From: Candidatus Bathyarchaeota archaeon
Lineage (GTDB): Archaea; Thermoproteota; Bathyarchaeia; 40CM-2-53-6
Reading direction: 5' to 3'
Assembly: GCA_963726255.1 (NCBI GenBank)
Contig: CAVSBL010000002.1
Coordinates: 544,001 to 608,000, forward strand
DNA length: 64,000 bases
The translations under genes and the position numbers were made by a program. Below are positions 29,888 to 40,687 of the stretch, piece by piece (positions within the stretch are counted from its first letter, which is position 1; every line of letters begins with the position of its first letter). The notes under the pieces are model-generated. The model saw nothing but the letters and a program-made list of their open reading frames with translations, made no database searches and was not told the DNA's origin.

Positions 29888-31921
29888 ATGAATACGAAAG
29901 CGATTGCGAAATCCACAGCTGCATTAGCCGTTATTATAATCGTTCTCATCGCAGGGCTAGCTGGGACGCTTGTCTATTACAGCTCACGAGGCCCATCAAC
30001 TCCGTCTGGGCCAACGACCGTCTCCATTCCTACGCCAAGTTTTGTGACCTCATCAACGTACGTCGCTGAATCTCCAAATCAGTTTCAATGGCTTGATCCT
30101 CATGTATCTTACTACCAGTTCGACTACGAAATCCTGAATAATCAATATGAGAAGCTGCTTTGGTACAATGGCGCTAGTAGCACAGAGATCATTCCATGGC
30201 TCGCAGATAGCTATACGCAAGTATCCCCGACTCAGTACACTTTCAAGCTACACCAAGGAATCAACTTCCAAGACGGAACGCCATTCAATGCTCAGGCCGT
30301 CTGGTTCAGCCTGAACCGCCTGCTCATAATAGACGGAACGAGTGGAACAGGCGACCACGGAACACAGGCCGCTTGGATCATTGAACAGTTGCTTGACACA
30401 AGCCCAAATACGTTCACCTATTTCGGTGCAAGTCCGGCTTATGACCCAGCTTGGGTTCAGACGGTTCTTGGCTTCGATTTTGTGCAGATAGTTGACCCGT
30501 ACACGATCAACATCAACATTAAGAATCCAACTACGCAGTTCCCGTATTTGCTTTCGAACGAATGGGCGGACATAGTTTCGCCATCCTTCGTCGTGGCACA
30601 TGATTTCCCGTCAGCCTGTAAGACAACTGACTGTCCCGCTGACAGCATTGATTACACAGCTTACTTCAACCACATCGCGGGCGACGGATTGGTGAAAGAC
30701 AACTACCTGAACCTGCCCACGAATGGTGCGAAGGCCGGGACCGGGCCCTACTACACCGACAGCGTAAACCCGACCACATACGAGGTCGTCATGAAAGCAA
30801 ATCCGAACTATTGGGGTGGGCCAAAGAACTGGAGTGGACCACCAATTTCTGTTTCAATTAAGACCCTGGACCTCGTGTACATTCCGGATCTGGGCACTAG
30901 ATTACTCGACGCAAAGGCCGGGAAAGCGACGACTATCGGCGTAAGTTCCTCCGACATATACTCAGTTGCCGACAGAGATCAATGGTTGTCTAACGGCAAG
31001 CTCGTTTCTGTAGTGCCAGGTCTAACTCTCGATGGACCATACCCAACGTTCACGACAGATTGGTTCAATTTTATCACTAATGTCACCGACAATGCAGGCA
31101 ACGTGCGTAAGTTCCAGCCTTTTGCAGACCTACGATGGAGACTGGCCGTAGCAGATTCGATCAACCTCACCGACGCCAACATAAACATCAACAACAGACT
31201 AGGCCAGGTTGCAATCAACCTTATTCCGCCCGGTACGGCGCCTGAGGGTGCGTACAACCCTGATATTCAGCCAATCTACAGCTTCGACCTCGCTAAGATG
31301 AAAGCCCTGATAACTGACGCATGCCAAAATCCGCTGACCAATTTCGTTGATTTCAACGGACACCCGTACGCTTCGGGGACAATCGATGATTCATGCCACC
31401 CCGGTAACCCACAATTAGTCGAACTCTACGTTGGGGCAGGGGATCAGACTGACCAGCGGATGCTCTCTGTGATGGCCGCCAACCTAAACAAAGTCTCCAC
31501 AGCTCTTGGCGTTACATTCACGATTGTGCCCGTCCCCGGAGGGCAATATTATACGCTGGCCTCAAAACATCAGATATACTTCTACTGGGGGGGCTGGGTT
31601 GCAGACTACAACCATCTACTCGACTGGCTGGGGCCAATGCTTCTCGCCGCTGGAACGTACCCGGCTTGGAACAACATGAACTATACCGCTCTCAACAACC
31701 TATACTACGATGCCCTTGACGCTGACAAAAAGGGCGACGTTCAAAGGCTACTGAGCGACAATAACCAAATGGAAACCATAGCGAACAACGCCGTCATCTA
31801 CATGTACACAACTTATGACGTTTCGTACGGAGTACGGTCAACCTTTGTGCAGGGCGTCTTCTACAATGAAGCTACTGCAGTACCGTACTTCGCGACACGA
31901 TCATACGCAACGTCAACATGA
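29888..31921 (+). CDS. ABC substrate-binding protein (family 5), paralog 1
   Basis: TM anchor, LDP, WLA.SY, FQDGTPFNA, GWVADY. Confidence 0.9.
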   Translation: MNTKAIAKSTAALAVIIIVLIAGLAGTLVYYSSRGPSTPSGPTTVSIPTPSFVTSSTYVAESPNQFQWLDPHVSYYQFDYEILNNQYEKLLWYNGASSTEIIPWLADSYTQVSPTQYTFKLHQGINFQDGTPFNAQAVWFSLNRLLIIDGTSGTGDHGTQAAWIIEQLLDTSPNTFTYFGASPAYDPAWVQTVLGFDFVQIVDPYTININIKNPTTQFPYLLSNEWADIVSPSFVVAHDFPSACKTTDCPADSIDYTAYFNHIAGDGLVKDNYLNLPTNGAKAGTGPYYTDSVNPTTYEVVMKANPNYWGGPKNWSGPPISVSIKTLDLVYIPDLGTRLLDAKAGKATTIGVSSSDIYSVADRDQWLSNGKLVSVVPGLTLDGPYPTFTTDWFNFITNVTDNAGNVRKFQPFADLRWRLAVADSINLTDANININNRLGQVAINLIPPGTAPEGAYNPDIQPIYSFDLAKMKALITDACQNPLTNFVDFNGHPYASGTIDDSCHPGNPQLVELYVGAGDQTDQRMLSVMAANLNKVSTALGVTFTIVPVPGGQYYTLASKHQIYFYWGGWVADYNHLLDWLGPMLLAAGTYPAWNNMNYTALNNLYYDALDADKKGDVQRLLSDNNQMETIANNAVIYMYTTYDVSYGVRSTFVQGVFYNEATAVPYFATRSYATST

Positions 31922-32145
31922 AGCTCAGACATCCTCCCCACCCCTATTTTTCTGCTACGTATCGAGGAAAACTGCATCAATACGGTAATGTTCCAGACTG
32001 GGAACAGCCCGTGCTGGCCCCATCCTTTGTCCGCAGCTGGAAGTATTTTCTGGGTGCCGAAAATTGTTTCATTGAACCACCCGAACTTCAGTGCGCAAAC
32101 CGTTAAAAGCTAAATGGTTCTCCTTTAGCCCGAAGGAAAATTTCT

Positions 32146-34179
32146 ATGAATACGAAAGCAGTAGCAAAATCTACCGCTGCGTTAGCCGTCATAGTGATAG
32201 TTCTCGTTGCAGGACTGGCAGGCACGATCGTCTACTACAGCTCACGTGGACCGTCTGGGCCAACGACGCCTAGTGTTCCGACACCAGGCTTTGTCTCGTC
32301 ATCAACAATGGTCAATGAAGGAGGAAACGAGTTTCAGTGGCTTGACCCGGCCGTTTCCTACTACCAATGGGATTACCAAATTCTGAACAACCAGTATGAG
32401 ACGCTGCTCTGGTACAATGGCGCTAGTAGCACGGAGATCATACCATGGCTCGCAGATAGCTATACGCAAGTATCGCCGACTCAGTACACTTTCAAGCTAC
32501 GCCAAGGAATCAACTTCCAAGACGGAACGCCATTCAATGCTCAGGCCGTCTGGTTCAGCCTGAACCGTCTTCTAATAATGGACGGTGGAAGCGGAACGGG
32601 CGACCACGGAACACAGGCCGCTTGGATCGTAGAGCAGTTGCTTGACACAAGTCCGAACACGTTCGCCTACTTCGGTGCAAGTCCGGCTTATGATCCGACG
32701 TGGGTTCAAACTGTTCTCGGCTTCAACTTCGTTCAAATAGTCGACCCATACACGATTAACATCAACATCAAGAATCCTACGACCCAATTTCCGTATCTGC
32801 TGGCGAACGTATGGGCGGACATATTGTCGCCCTCTTTTGTCGTTTCGCATGACTTCCCATCAGCGTGCAAAACTACTGACTGCCCCTCAGACAGCATTGA
32901 TTACACCGCCTACTTCAACCACATCGCCGGACACGGCGACGTATCCATGAACTACCTCAACCTGCCAACAACTGGCGCCAAGGCTGGTACAGGACCGTAT
33001 TACATCGACAGCGTGAACCCGACCACCTACGAGGTCGTCATGAAGGCCGCCCCAACCTACTGGGGTGGACCCAGCAACTGGAGCGGTCCTAAGATCAGTG
33101 TGTCAGTAAAGACCTTGGACTTCGTATACGTCCCTGACTTGTCCACACGAATACTCGATGCAAAGGCCGGGAAGGCAACTGAAATCGGTGTCTCTGCCGC
33201 AGACATTTATTCAGTCGCTGACAGAACTCAGTGGCTTTCAAACGGCAAGCTCATCTCAGTCATACCTGGAGTGTCACTCTATGGGCCGTATCCGCAATTC
33301 GTAACGACATGGTACAGTTACCTAACGAACGTGACAGATGCCACTGGAGCCATACGAAAGTTCCAGCCATTCGCCGACGTTCGATGGAGGCTTGCGGTTG
33401 CGGACTCCGTGAACATTACGGATGCAGACATCAACATCGCCAATAGACTGTGGACACCACCGAATCAAATGATCCCGATCGGAACAGCGCCCGATGGTTC
33501 GTACAACCCGGACACCACACCAATATACAGTTTCGACATCGCAAAGATGACCGCCCTAATCAAGGATGCCTGCGCTAACCCCTTGACCAGCTTCGTCGAC
33601 GTGAATGGTCACCCGTATCCGGCGGGCACAATTGATAACTCATGCAACCCCAAGAACCCACAGATCATACCGATGCAAGTGGGCACAGCAGACCAAACCA
33701 ACCAGCGCATAATGGCTGCAATGGCGGCCAACCTGAACAAAGTATCAACGGCACTCGGCGTGACCTTCACGATTGTTCCGGTTCCTGGAGGACAGTACTA
33801 CACCAACGCCGCGAAACACCAGATATACTTCTACAGAGCAGGATGGGTGGCTGACTACAACCATCTCCTCGACTGGCTGGGGCCAATGTTCTTGGCCAGC
33901 GGAGCATATCCAGCATGGCATAACATGAACTACACAGTACTCAACAACCTAGTCAACGACGCAATTGACGCAGACGCGAAGGGCGACGCTCAGAGACTGC
34001 TCAACGACAACAACCAGATACAGAACTATGCGAACCAGATCGTCGAATACATGTACATTGAGTACCCACTGAACTATTACGTGGAATCCTCATTCATACA
34101 AGGCTTCTACTACAACGCAGCGATGAACGTGGAATATTACGGTACGTGGACCTACACAACTACTCTGAGTTCCACTTAG
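32146..34179 (+). CDS. ABC substrate-binding protein (family 5), paralog 2
   Basis: Collinear with paralog 1, with long identical stretches. Confidence 0.9.
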   Translation: MNTKAVAKSTAALAVIVIVLVAGLAGTIVYYSSRGPSGPTTPSVPTPGFVSSSTMVNEGGNEFQWLDPAVSYYQWDYQILNNQYETLLWYNGASSTEIIPWLADSYTQVSPTQYTFKLRQGINFQDGTPFNAQAVWFSLNRLLIMDGGSGTGDHGTQAAWIVEQLLDTSPNTFAYFGASPAYDPTWVQTVLGFNFVQIVDPYTININIKNPTTQFPYLLANVWADILSPSFVVSHDFPSACKTTDCPSDSIDYTAYFNHIAGHGDVSMNYLNLPTTGAKAGTGPYYIDSVNPTTYEVVMKAAPTYWGGPSNWSGPKISVSVKTLDFVYVPDLSTRILDAKAGKATEIGVSAADIYSVADRTQWLSNGKLISVIPGVSLYGPYPQFVTTWYSYLTNVTDATGAIRKFQPFADVRWRLAVADSVNITDADINIANRLWTPPNQMIPIGTAPDGSYNPDTTPIYSFDIAKMTALIKDACANPLTSFVDVNGHPYPAGTIDNSCNPKNPQIIPMQVGTADQTNQRIMAAMAANLNKVSTALGVTFTIVPVPGGQYYTNAAKHQIYFYRAGWVADYNHLLDWLGPMFLASGAYPAWHNMNYTVLNNLVNDAIDADAKGDAQRLLNDNNQIQNYANQIVEYMYIEYPLNYYVESSFIQGFYYNAAMNVEYYGTWTYTTTLSST

Positions 34180-34287
34180 AGGGCCATCGCAGCCCTCCCC
34201 CTTTCCCTTTTTTTGGTACCCACCGAAAGATATACAGGCGTGACTCGTTGCTCGTATGGCAAGAACTGACGCAAAGGTGTTTTCGCA

Positions 34288-35325
34288 TTGAAAATCTACG
34301 AGTACGTAATCAGACGACTGGCCTTGATGGTTTTCGTCTTATTCGGCGTAAGCGCAATAGTCTTTTACTTGGCCAGGGGATTCCCCTCAGCGTTCGCCCC
34401 TTGGGCGCAGTACATAACATTCAGGATGAAACCGGCCCAGATTGAAGCTGTAATCAAAGCCCACGGCTTCGACCAACCCCTCTACATTCAATACTGGTAC
34501 TGGTTGCAGGACGTGTTCCACGGCGACTGGGGGTACTCAAACTGGGCGAATGGTCTGCCAACATTCGAGGTGTTCGCCTCACGGTTTCCATTCACTATTG
34601 AGTTGACTATTGCCGCAACAATACTTACCGTCGCGATCGGCATTCCTCTTGGAATTCTTTCCGCCTTGAAGAATAACACAGCAGCAGACCACGCGTCTAG
34701 GATAATTGCCCTGACCGGCTACTCCACGCCGTCGTACTGGTTCGCCTACATCTTGCAGCTAGTTTTCTTCTACTATTTCTACACATGGGGTCTCCCGAAC
34801 CTACCCAGCGGAGGCGTAATCAGCCAGAACCTGTCCGGCGCCGTACCAGCAGTCACTGGCCTCCCAATCATTGACGGCATAATTGCTGGCAATCTGACTT
34901 ACACCGCCGACGCTTTTGCGCACGTAATCCTTCCCGCGTTCAATTTGGCTTTCATAAGCTTGGGATACCTTGCTCGAATCGTACGAGCGAGCATGCTCGA
35001 GGTTCTTCGACAAGATTACATAATTATGGCGCGCTCGAAAGGGCTGTCTGAGCGAATAGTGATTTACCGACACGCGCTTCGCAACGCGCTCATACCCGCA
35101 ATGACGCTTACGGGGCTCTTCTTCGCAGGTTTGCTTGGCGGTGCTATAATTACCGAAACTGTCTTCTCGTGGCCGGGGGTTGGCAACGTTTCATTGCGAG
35201 CCGTCTTTCAGGGGGACAGCAATTTCTTACTTCTTTACAGCTTAGTCACCGCATTGATCATCGTCGCGTCGAACTTGGTCGTGGATGTAATGTACGTTTT
35301 TCTGGACCCGAGGATAAAGTACTAG
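34288..35325 (+). CDS. ABC permease (OppB-like)
   Basis: D.PL.IQY, ARSKGL, HALRNA, LDPRIKY. Confidence 0.93.
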   Translation: MKIYEYVIRRLALMVFVLFGVSAIVFYLARGFPSAFAPWAQYITFRMKPAQIEAVIKAHGFDQPLYIQYWYWLQDVFHGDWGYSNWANGLPTFEVFASRFPFTIELTIAATILTVAIGIPLGILSALKNNTAADHASRIIALTGYSTPSYWFAYILQLVFFYYFYTWGLPNLPSGGVISQNLSGAVPAVTGLPIIDGIIAGNLTYTADAFAHVILPAFNLAFISLGYLARIVRASMLEVLRQDYIIMARSKGLSERIVIYRHALRNALIPAMTLTGLFFAGLLGGAIITETVFSWPGVGNVSLRAVFQGDSNFLLLYSLVTALIIVASNLVVDVMYVFLDPRIKY

Positions 35326-36277
35326 GTGGCTGCAATGACTGTGGAAACTACGGTTACCGAGGTTAGAGAGAGCGAGACTAAAGCTAGGATTGCGGAGCTT
35401 AAGTATGCGATTTACTTGATGCGCCAGAACCCACTTGTCCTCGCCGGTTCAGTTCTGGTCATATTCTTCGTTTTTATCAGTCTTACCGCGACTCTCCTCG
35501 TGAGCCCCGACACTGCTGACCGGCTTATTTTTACGAGGAGTTACTGCTGGTCTAGCTCTGTTTTTTCGTGGACATCGCTTGCGGCAGTCTGCCCTGCTGG
35601 AACCTTCCTACCATTGGGAACGGACGGGTATGGAAGAAGCGTTCTAGACATGATCGTTCTTGCCATTCCGTTGGACCTATCGATCGCCTTCATAATTGTC
35701 ATAATATCGACCGCCTTCGGGATGGTCCTTGGGTCAGTAGCGGGTTGGATAGGTGGGAAATTCGACGAAGCCATTCTCAGAATCACTGACATATTCTTCG
35801 CATTTCCAGGCCTTGTCTTGGCCCTCGTATTTGCCGCACTTTTTGGACGAACGATTGAAACCCTCACCATCGCAGTCCTGCTGGTCTGGTGGCCAACGTA
35901 TGTCAGGTTATCGCGAGGCCAAGTCCTCGTTGAAAAGGAGAAAACATACGTAGAAGCACTGAAGGCGCTTGGAGTACACCCATCGAGGATTGTGCTGTTT
36001 CACGTTATACCGAACTCAATTTACCCCATAATCGTTCAAATGTCGCTTGACATAGGTGGCGTCATTCTGACCTTTTCGGCTCTGATGTTTCTAGGCTTCT
36101 CACCCAGCCCCGCACTTCCTGAACTAGGTAACCTCGCATCAGACGGCATCGGCCACGTCTTCACAGCGCCATGGCTTATCGTGTTCCCGGGACTTACAAT
36201 TCTCGTAATCGCGTCTGGCATTCAACCTGGTTGGGGACGGACTCAGGGACATTCTTGACCCAAGACTCAGGCGGTAA
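35326..36277 (+). CDS. ABC permease (OppC-like); small frameshift near 36212
   Basis: LGTDGYGR, YVEALKALG; shifted frame gives LAFNLVGDGLRDILDPRLRR*. Confidence 0.92.
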
Positions 36278-36281
36278 GCAT

Positions 36282-37370
36282 ATGGCCGCCAAGGGTGAGT
36301 CCCTCCTCGAAACCCGAGATCTAACGGTCAATTTTCACACGTACCGCGGCGAAGTAAAGGCGCTAGATCACGTCCAACTAAGTCTCTACCCACACGAAGT
36401 GCTCGCCCTGGTAGGAGAGTCGGGCTGCGGAAAATCCGTTACAGCCCTTACAATTCTCGGCCTCCTCCCAGGCAATGCTCACGTATTAGAAGGACAAGTC
36501 CTCTACAAGGGTGAGGACCTGCTCAAGAAGACCCCCGAACAAATGCGGGAAATCCGAGCGGAAGGGATCGCGGCAATCTTCCAGGATCCCATGACCTTTC
36601 TCAATCCTGTCCTCACGGTCGGCGTTCAACTGAAAGAAGCGTTCCTAGTTCAAAAGCACCTCTGGACGGCTCAGACACGCGACAAGTCAGCAACCGGAGC
36701 AGTAGATGCGCAAATTAAGGGATTCCTACTCGAAAAAGAAACCGAAAAGGAAGGTTCAAAGCGAGAATCCGGAAGGGAAAGGGAGAAAATGGCTGAAGAA
36801 CTCTCGAAAGATATACTGAAGCTCGTGCGGATTGCGGATCCTGAGCGAATATTGACTCAATACCCCCATGAATTGTCAGGTGGTATGCGCCAGCGGTGCA
36901 TGATCGCGATGGCTTTGGCGAGACGGCCTTCGATCATCGTTGCTGATGAAATCACAACTGCTCTCGATGTTACGGTACAAGCTCAGATACTGACTTTGCT
37001 TAAGGAGCTAAGAGATACCATTGACGCTTCTTCGATTCTCATAACCCATGACTTGTCGGTCGCTGCGGAAACAGCCGACAGAATCGCTGTGATGTACGCC
37101 GGCCACGTAGTGGAGGTGGCGTCCACAATTGAGTTGTTCAGAAAGCCCTTGCACCCATATACTCAGCTACTGATGAAATGCATCCCTGACGTTAGGAAAC
37201 CCGTAACGCACCTCGAATCAATCAGCGGTACCGTTCCCGACCTAATCGATCCACCTACGGGATGTAGGTTCCACCCCCGATGCCCATTTGCGATGGAGGT
37301 TTGCAGGACAACTAAGCCGGTCCTAAAGGACATAGGGAACGGCCACCTGGTGCACTGCCACCTATATTGA
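36282..37370 (+). CDS. ABC ATPase (OppD-like)
   Basis: GESGCGKS, LSGGMRQR, GCRFHPRC. Confidence 0.94.
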   Translation: MAAKGESLLETRDLTVNFHTYRGEVKALDHVQLSLYPHEVLALVGESGCGKSVTALTILGLLPGNAHVLEGQVLYKGEDLLKKTPEQMREIRAEGIAAIFQDPMTFLNPVLTVGVQLKEAFLVQKHLWTAQTRDKSATGAVDAQIKGFLLEKETEKEGSKRESGREREKMAEELSKDILKLVRIADPERILTQYPHELSGGMRQRCMIAMALARRPSIIVADEITTALDVTVQAQILTLLKELRDTIDASSILITHDLSVAAETADRIAVMYAGHVVEVASTIELFRKPLHPYTQLLMKCIPDVRKPVTHLESISGTVPDLIDPPTGCRFHPRCPFAMEVCRTTKPVLKDIGNGHLVHCHLY

Positions 37371-37383
37371 GGATGAAAAAACC

Positions 37384-38403
37384 TTGCCAGACGAAATTCT
37401 AGTCGTGAAGGACCTAAAGACTTGGTTCCCAATCAAAGCCGGGTTACTTCAGAAAACCGTAGGCCATGTCCGGGCTGTAGACGGCGTCGACCTTGAAGTG
37501 AGAAAAGGCGAAACTTTCGGTTTAGTCGGCGAATCTGGTTCGGGGAAAACCACGCTTGGAAAGAGCGTCCTCAGACTGATCAAACCGACCGACGGTCAAG
37601 TATACTTCGACAGCATCGATGTAACGAAGGCCACGAAGAAGGAGCTTATGCTACTACGACGCCGCATGCAAATCATCTTCCAAGATCCCTATGCCTCCCT
37701 CGATCCTCGGCAGACCGTAGGCTCGACGCTTGTTGAGCCCATGAGATTACACAAACTAGTGTCAACGAAGTCAGAGGCCATGAAACGTGCCAAAGAACTC
37801 CTGCTTAGAGTAGGCCTCAACGAAGAACATCTTTTCCGGTTCCCTCATGAGTTTAGCGGAGGGCAGAGGCAGAGAATCGCAGTTGCGCGAGCATTGGCCG
37901 TTGACCCAGATTTTATTATACTGGATGAGCCCACATCATTCCTTGATGTCTCAGTGCAAGCCCAGGTCCTGGACTTGCTGAAACAATTACAGAAGGAACT
38001 AGGCCTTACCTACGTCTTCATTTCCCATAACCTAAGCGTTGTTCAGTACATGAGCGACCGAGTCGGCGTGATGTATTTGGGGAAACTTGTGGAGGACGCT
38101 GAACGTGATGTGCTTTACAAGTATCCTGAGCATCCCTACAGCTACTTCTTGATGGAAGCGATACCAGTACCCGACCCCGAATACAAGAAGGTTCCAAAGC
38201 TCCTATCAGGGGATGTCCCAAGCCCAGTCAACATACCCCCCGGATGCCGATTCAACCCCCGTTGCCCATATGCCACTGACAAATGTCGGTCAGGCGACAT
38301 GCCATTTTACACGGGGTCCGGAGGTAGCTACCACCGTGTGGCCTGCCACTACAAAGTCGATTTTGACAGCGGAAGCGAAGTCCTTAGGCCTCAAATGAAC
38401 TGA
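37384..38403 (+). CDS. ABC ATPase (OppF-like)
   Basis: [20 protein letters not shown]. Confidence 0.95.
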   Translation: MPDEILVVKDLKTWFPIKAGLLQKTVGHVRAVDGVDLEVRKGETFGLVGESGSGKTTLGKSVLRLIKPTDGQVYFDSIDVTKATKKELMLLRRRMQIIFQDPYASLDPRQTVGSTLVEPMRLHKLVSTKSEAMKRAKELLLRVGLNEEHLFRFPHEFSGGQRQRIAVARALAVDPDFIILDEPTSFLDVSVQAQVLDLLKQLQKELGLTYVFISHNLSVVQYMSDRVGVMYLGKLVEDAERDVLYKYPEHPYSYFLMEAIPVPDPEYKKVPKLLSGDVPSPVNIPPGCRFNPRCPYATDKCRSGDMPFYTGSGGSYHRVACHYKVDFDSGSEVLRPQMN

Positions 38404-38430
38404 TTGCGAATATTCCGACAAAGTGCCAAG

Positions 38431-38968
38431 CTAAGAGGCGGCTCTGCGAGAACGTCGGTAAGCTATCGCCATGAAGGTGGCGAAGGCCACGGCCAGAGTC
38501 GCGGCGCTTCCCCAGAGCAATGCCTGTGTAAGAGACTCTGTGTGGAAGTTAAGAAGCGCCAGTTGACTGAGATTCCAAGCCATGATGAGCGCGAAACGCG
38601 GTTGAAAGTACGTAGCCCCCTGTTCTTGGATTCGGCACCGTCCTCGCGAAGAGAACTATTGCGAGGGATGAAAGCAACTTCGCGGCGACGAAGACCGTCG
38701 GTCCTGTGCTCAAGACTAAGGGATTTATTTCGTAGTTCCAGCTTGCGATCGTAACCGAAGCATCTAGCGTGTTTAGAACGGCGGCTATCAAGCAGGATAG
38801 TCCTTTGGCTTGGCTGCCCACCCATCCTGCCCAGAGCATCGCGACGCCTATGAATACGACCAACAACCCTTCAAGGTGTCCAGCCACAGAGGCCCCGAAT
38901 CCCCCCACAACAAAGAGCAAGCCGAGGAGGACGAGCCCCACGGACATCGGCGCCATGACTCTTTCCAT
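38431..38968 (-). CDS. Multi-TM membrane protein (DUF5658-like); frameshift near 38595
   Basis: LN.LD...T...E.NP...K motif; shifted frame continues hydrophobic to TAG at 38431. Confidence 0.6.
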
Positions 38969-39114
38969 TGTTGAATGCGACTTGCCATCCCACTTTCATT
39001 AACTTGCCGTCCCCCCTACAGCAAAGAACCCAAAATTCCGTAACATGTCGAACCCAGTCGAGGTTTGAAATTGGTCGCCTTATATCGGGGGCCGCTCTTC
39101 AGTAAGTGAAAGGA

Positions 39115-39282
39115 ATGTCGCCCCTTTTGGCAAGTGACGACAAAATCAGGGACGAAAACGCGGTCCACCTAGAGTGGCGAGACTATGTCGCAATCACGAT
39201 CGCGACATTCGAAACGACACTATTGCCAATCCTAGTTACGGTTGCAGTGTTGATACTCGTCGTCTTGCTACTAAGGTGGTAG
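39115..39282 (+). CDS. Small single-TM protein (55 aa)
   Basis: MSPLL...LEWRDYVAITIATFETTLLPILVTVAVLILVVLLLRW; TATA-like TTATAT upstream; below the ORF-track cutoff. Confidence 0.6.
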   Translation: MSPLLASDDKIRDENAVHLEWRDYVAITIATFETTLLPILVTVAVLILVVLLLRW

Positions 39283-40539
39283 CATAAACTCAGACCCATT
39301 GGCAGCAGACTGTTGTAACTCTGAAGTACCAGGCTGTTGCGCCGGAGCCTTTTGGCGGAGAATTACTCTGCCCGCGTCAGGTATTACTGAAATAGTTGAC
39401 CCAAAGCCCAAGACGCGTTGGGCTGTCTGAAGAGCTGCGTTAACCGTTGGTGCGGCCTTCATACCGAAGATGTTCTCCACGTAGTAGTCGGGGATCGTTG
39501 AGACGAAGTATATTCGATGTGCAACAAGCGTTCTCCGAAGAAATGCTGCTTTAGAACCATTATAATTGAAGTGGTGTCGAAGCCTCGCCTCCAGATGGTG
39601 AGCCTCCCTCTTTTCCGCACACCACTGGTAGAACTCCGTGTCACCATGTCCTTTTCCGCACTCAGCCGCAACAATCAACGCCCCATTTCTCTTGAGAGCC
39701 TCAATTCCCACAGGGAATATCTCAATTGCTTCAAGGAGCGATTCGTCCTGGGGTATCCCGCCAACGCTCATGATTACAATGTCAGCGGCTTTCGCAACAT
39801 CTCTGCAACATGCAGTTTGCATTGCGTTGCCAAGGGTCAACATGGAATCCGATAGGGTTCCGAATGCGAGTTGGAGGGGGCTTCCTTCAGAACCGAGAAC
39901 CATCCCTAACGCGAAGACGTCGCCCGCTGAGGTAGTAATCTGCAGTCTTTCCTTACGGAGGTCCGACATTGAGAAGCCAGCACCTCTAGTTAGATGACTC
40001 TGTACAGATTTCTCAGAGGCTAAACCAGGAAAAACTATGTCACATAGCCCGGAATACTGGAGGTAAGGATGCGGTTTCAGTTCCCCTACTATGATTCTAA
40101 GGTCGGAAGTCATGTATTCTGAGTTAAGCTGAGGTGGGAAGTCACCGTTGAGGTTTTCGACGGGAGTCGTAGGTGACCCTTGTGGCTGATGATGCTCAAT
40201 CCTTGTTTCAGGGAACAAGTTCGGGTCTAATTCAGGCGCTCCTTTCGTACAGAGAATGGTGGTTGGTGCAAGTGAGTATTGTGCTAAGTTCTCATGCAGC
40301 GTTTTGACCAAGTCGATGGCCAATTGCCTATTACCGCAAGAGCCCAATGACACACATATCCTCTTTGCCTCCTTCACCTGGGTCTGGAAGCGTCCGTTCG
40401 TATCGATGAGTCTCCTCGTTTCGGCCAGAGGGTCCGGGACAGCTGTCGCTTCCGGAATGTTGAAGATTTCCACCAACCTCTCCTCAGGCACACGTAGGGG
40501 GATCTGGGAAGACCCGTACGGTAGCCAGACCTCCACCAC
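39271..40539 (-). CDS. LarA/DUF2088-like protein, degenerate active site
   Basis: MVEVWLPYG, ADIVI.S.GG.P.D, G.LI..AEC..G.G. Confidence 0.75.
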   Translation of the reverse strand: MVEVWLPYGSSQIPLRVPEERLVEIFNIPEATAVPDPLAETRRLIDTNGRFQTQVKEAKRICVSLGSCGNRQLAIDLVKTLHENLAQYSLAPTTILCTKGAPELDPNLFPETRIEHHQPQGSPTTPVENLNGDFPPQLNSEYMTSDLRIIVGELKPHPYLQYSGLCDIVFPGLASEKSVQSHLTRGAGFSMSDLRKERLQITTSAGDVFALGMVLGSEGSPLQLAFGTLSDSMLTLGNAMQTACCRDVAKAADIVIMSVGGIPQDESLLEAIEIFPVGIEALKRNGALIVAAECGKGHGDTEFYQWCAEKREAHHLEARLRHHFNYNGSKAAFLRRTLVAHRIYFVSTIPDYYVENIFGMKAAPTVNAALQTAQRVLGFGSTISVIPDAGRVILRQKAPAQQPGTSELQQSAANGSEFMLPP

Positions 40540-40687
40540 GAAAAGACGCCTCGAAGGCAGCGTCGGAGTCGGGTCTGGTTAACGTTTCGGTCTCAACGAC
40601 GCTATGACACGACTTGGAATCGCTGGACGCTATTTGCAACAAAGAATAAACACATAGAATGGTGTTAGGAGAGCGGAGCAGTCAGAC

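Noticed and set aside
36205-36277. Altered permease C-terminus
   Set aside because: A 1-2 nt indel restores the canonical FNLVGDGLRD..DPR ending; too small for an intron.
36640-36800. Insertion in the OppD ATPase as an intein or intron
   Set aside because: In frame, no intein terminal residues and no BHB seen; a variable helical-domain insert.
38585-38600. Truncated membrane protein
   Set aside because: Indel in a T run; the hydrophobic frame continues after it.
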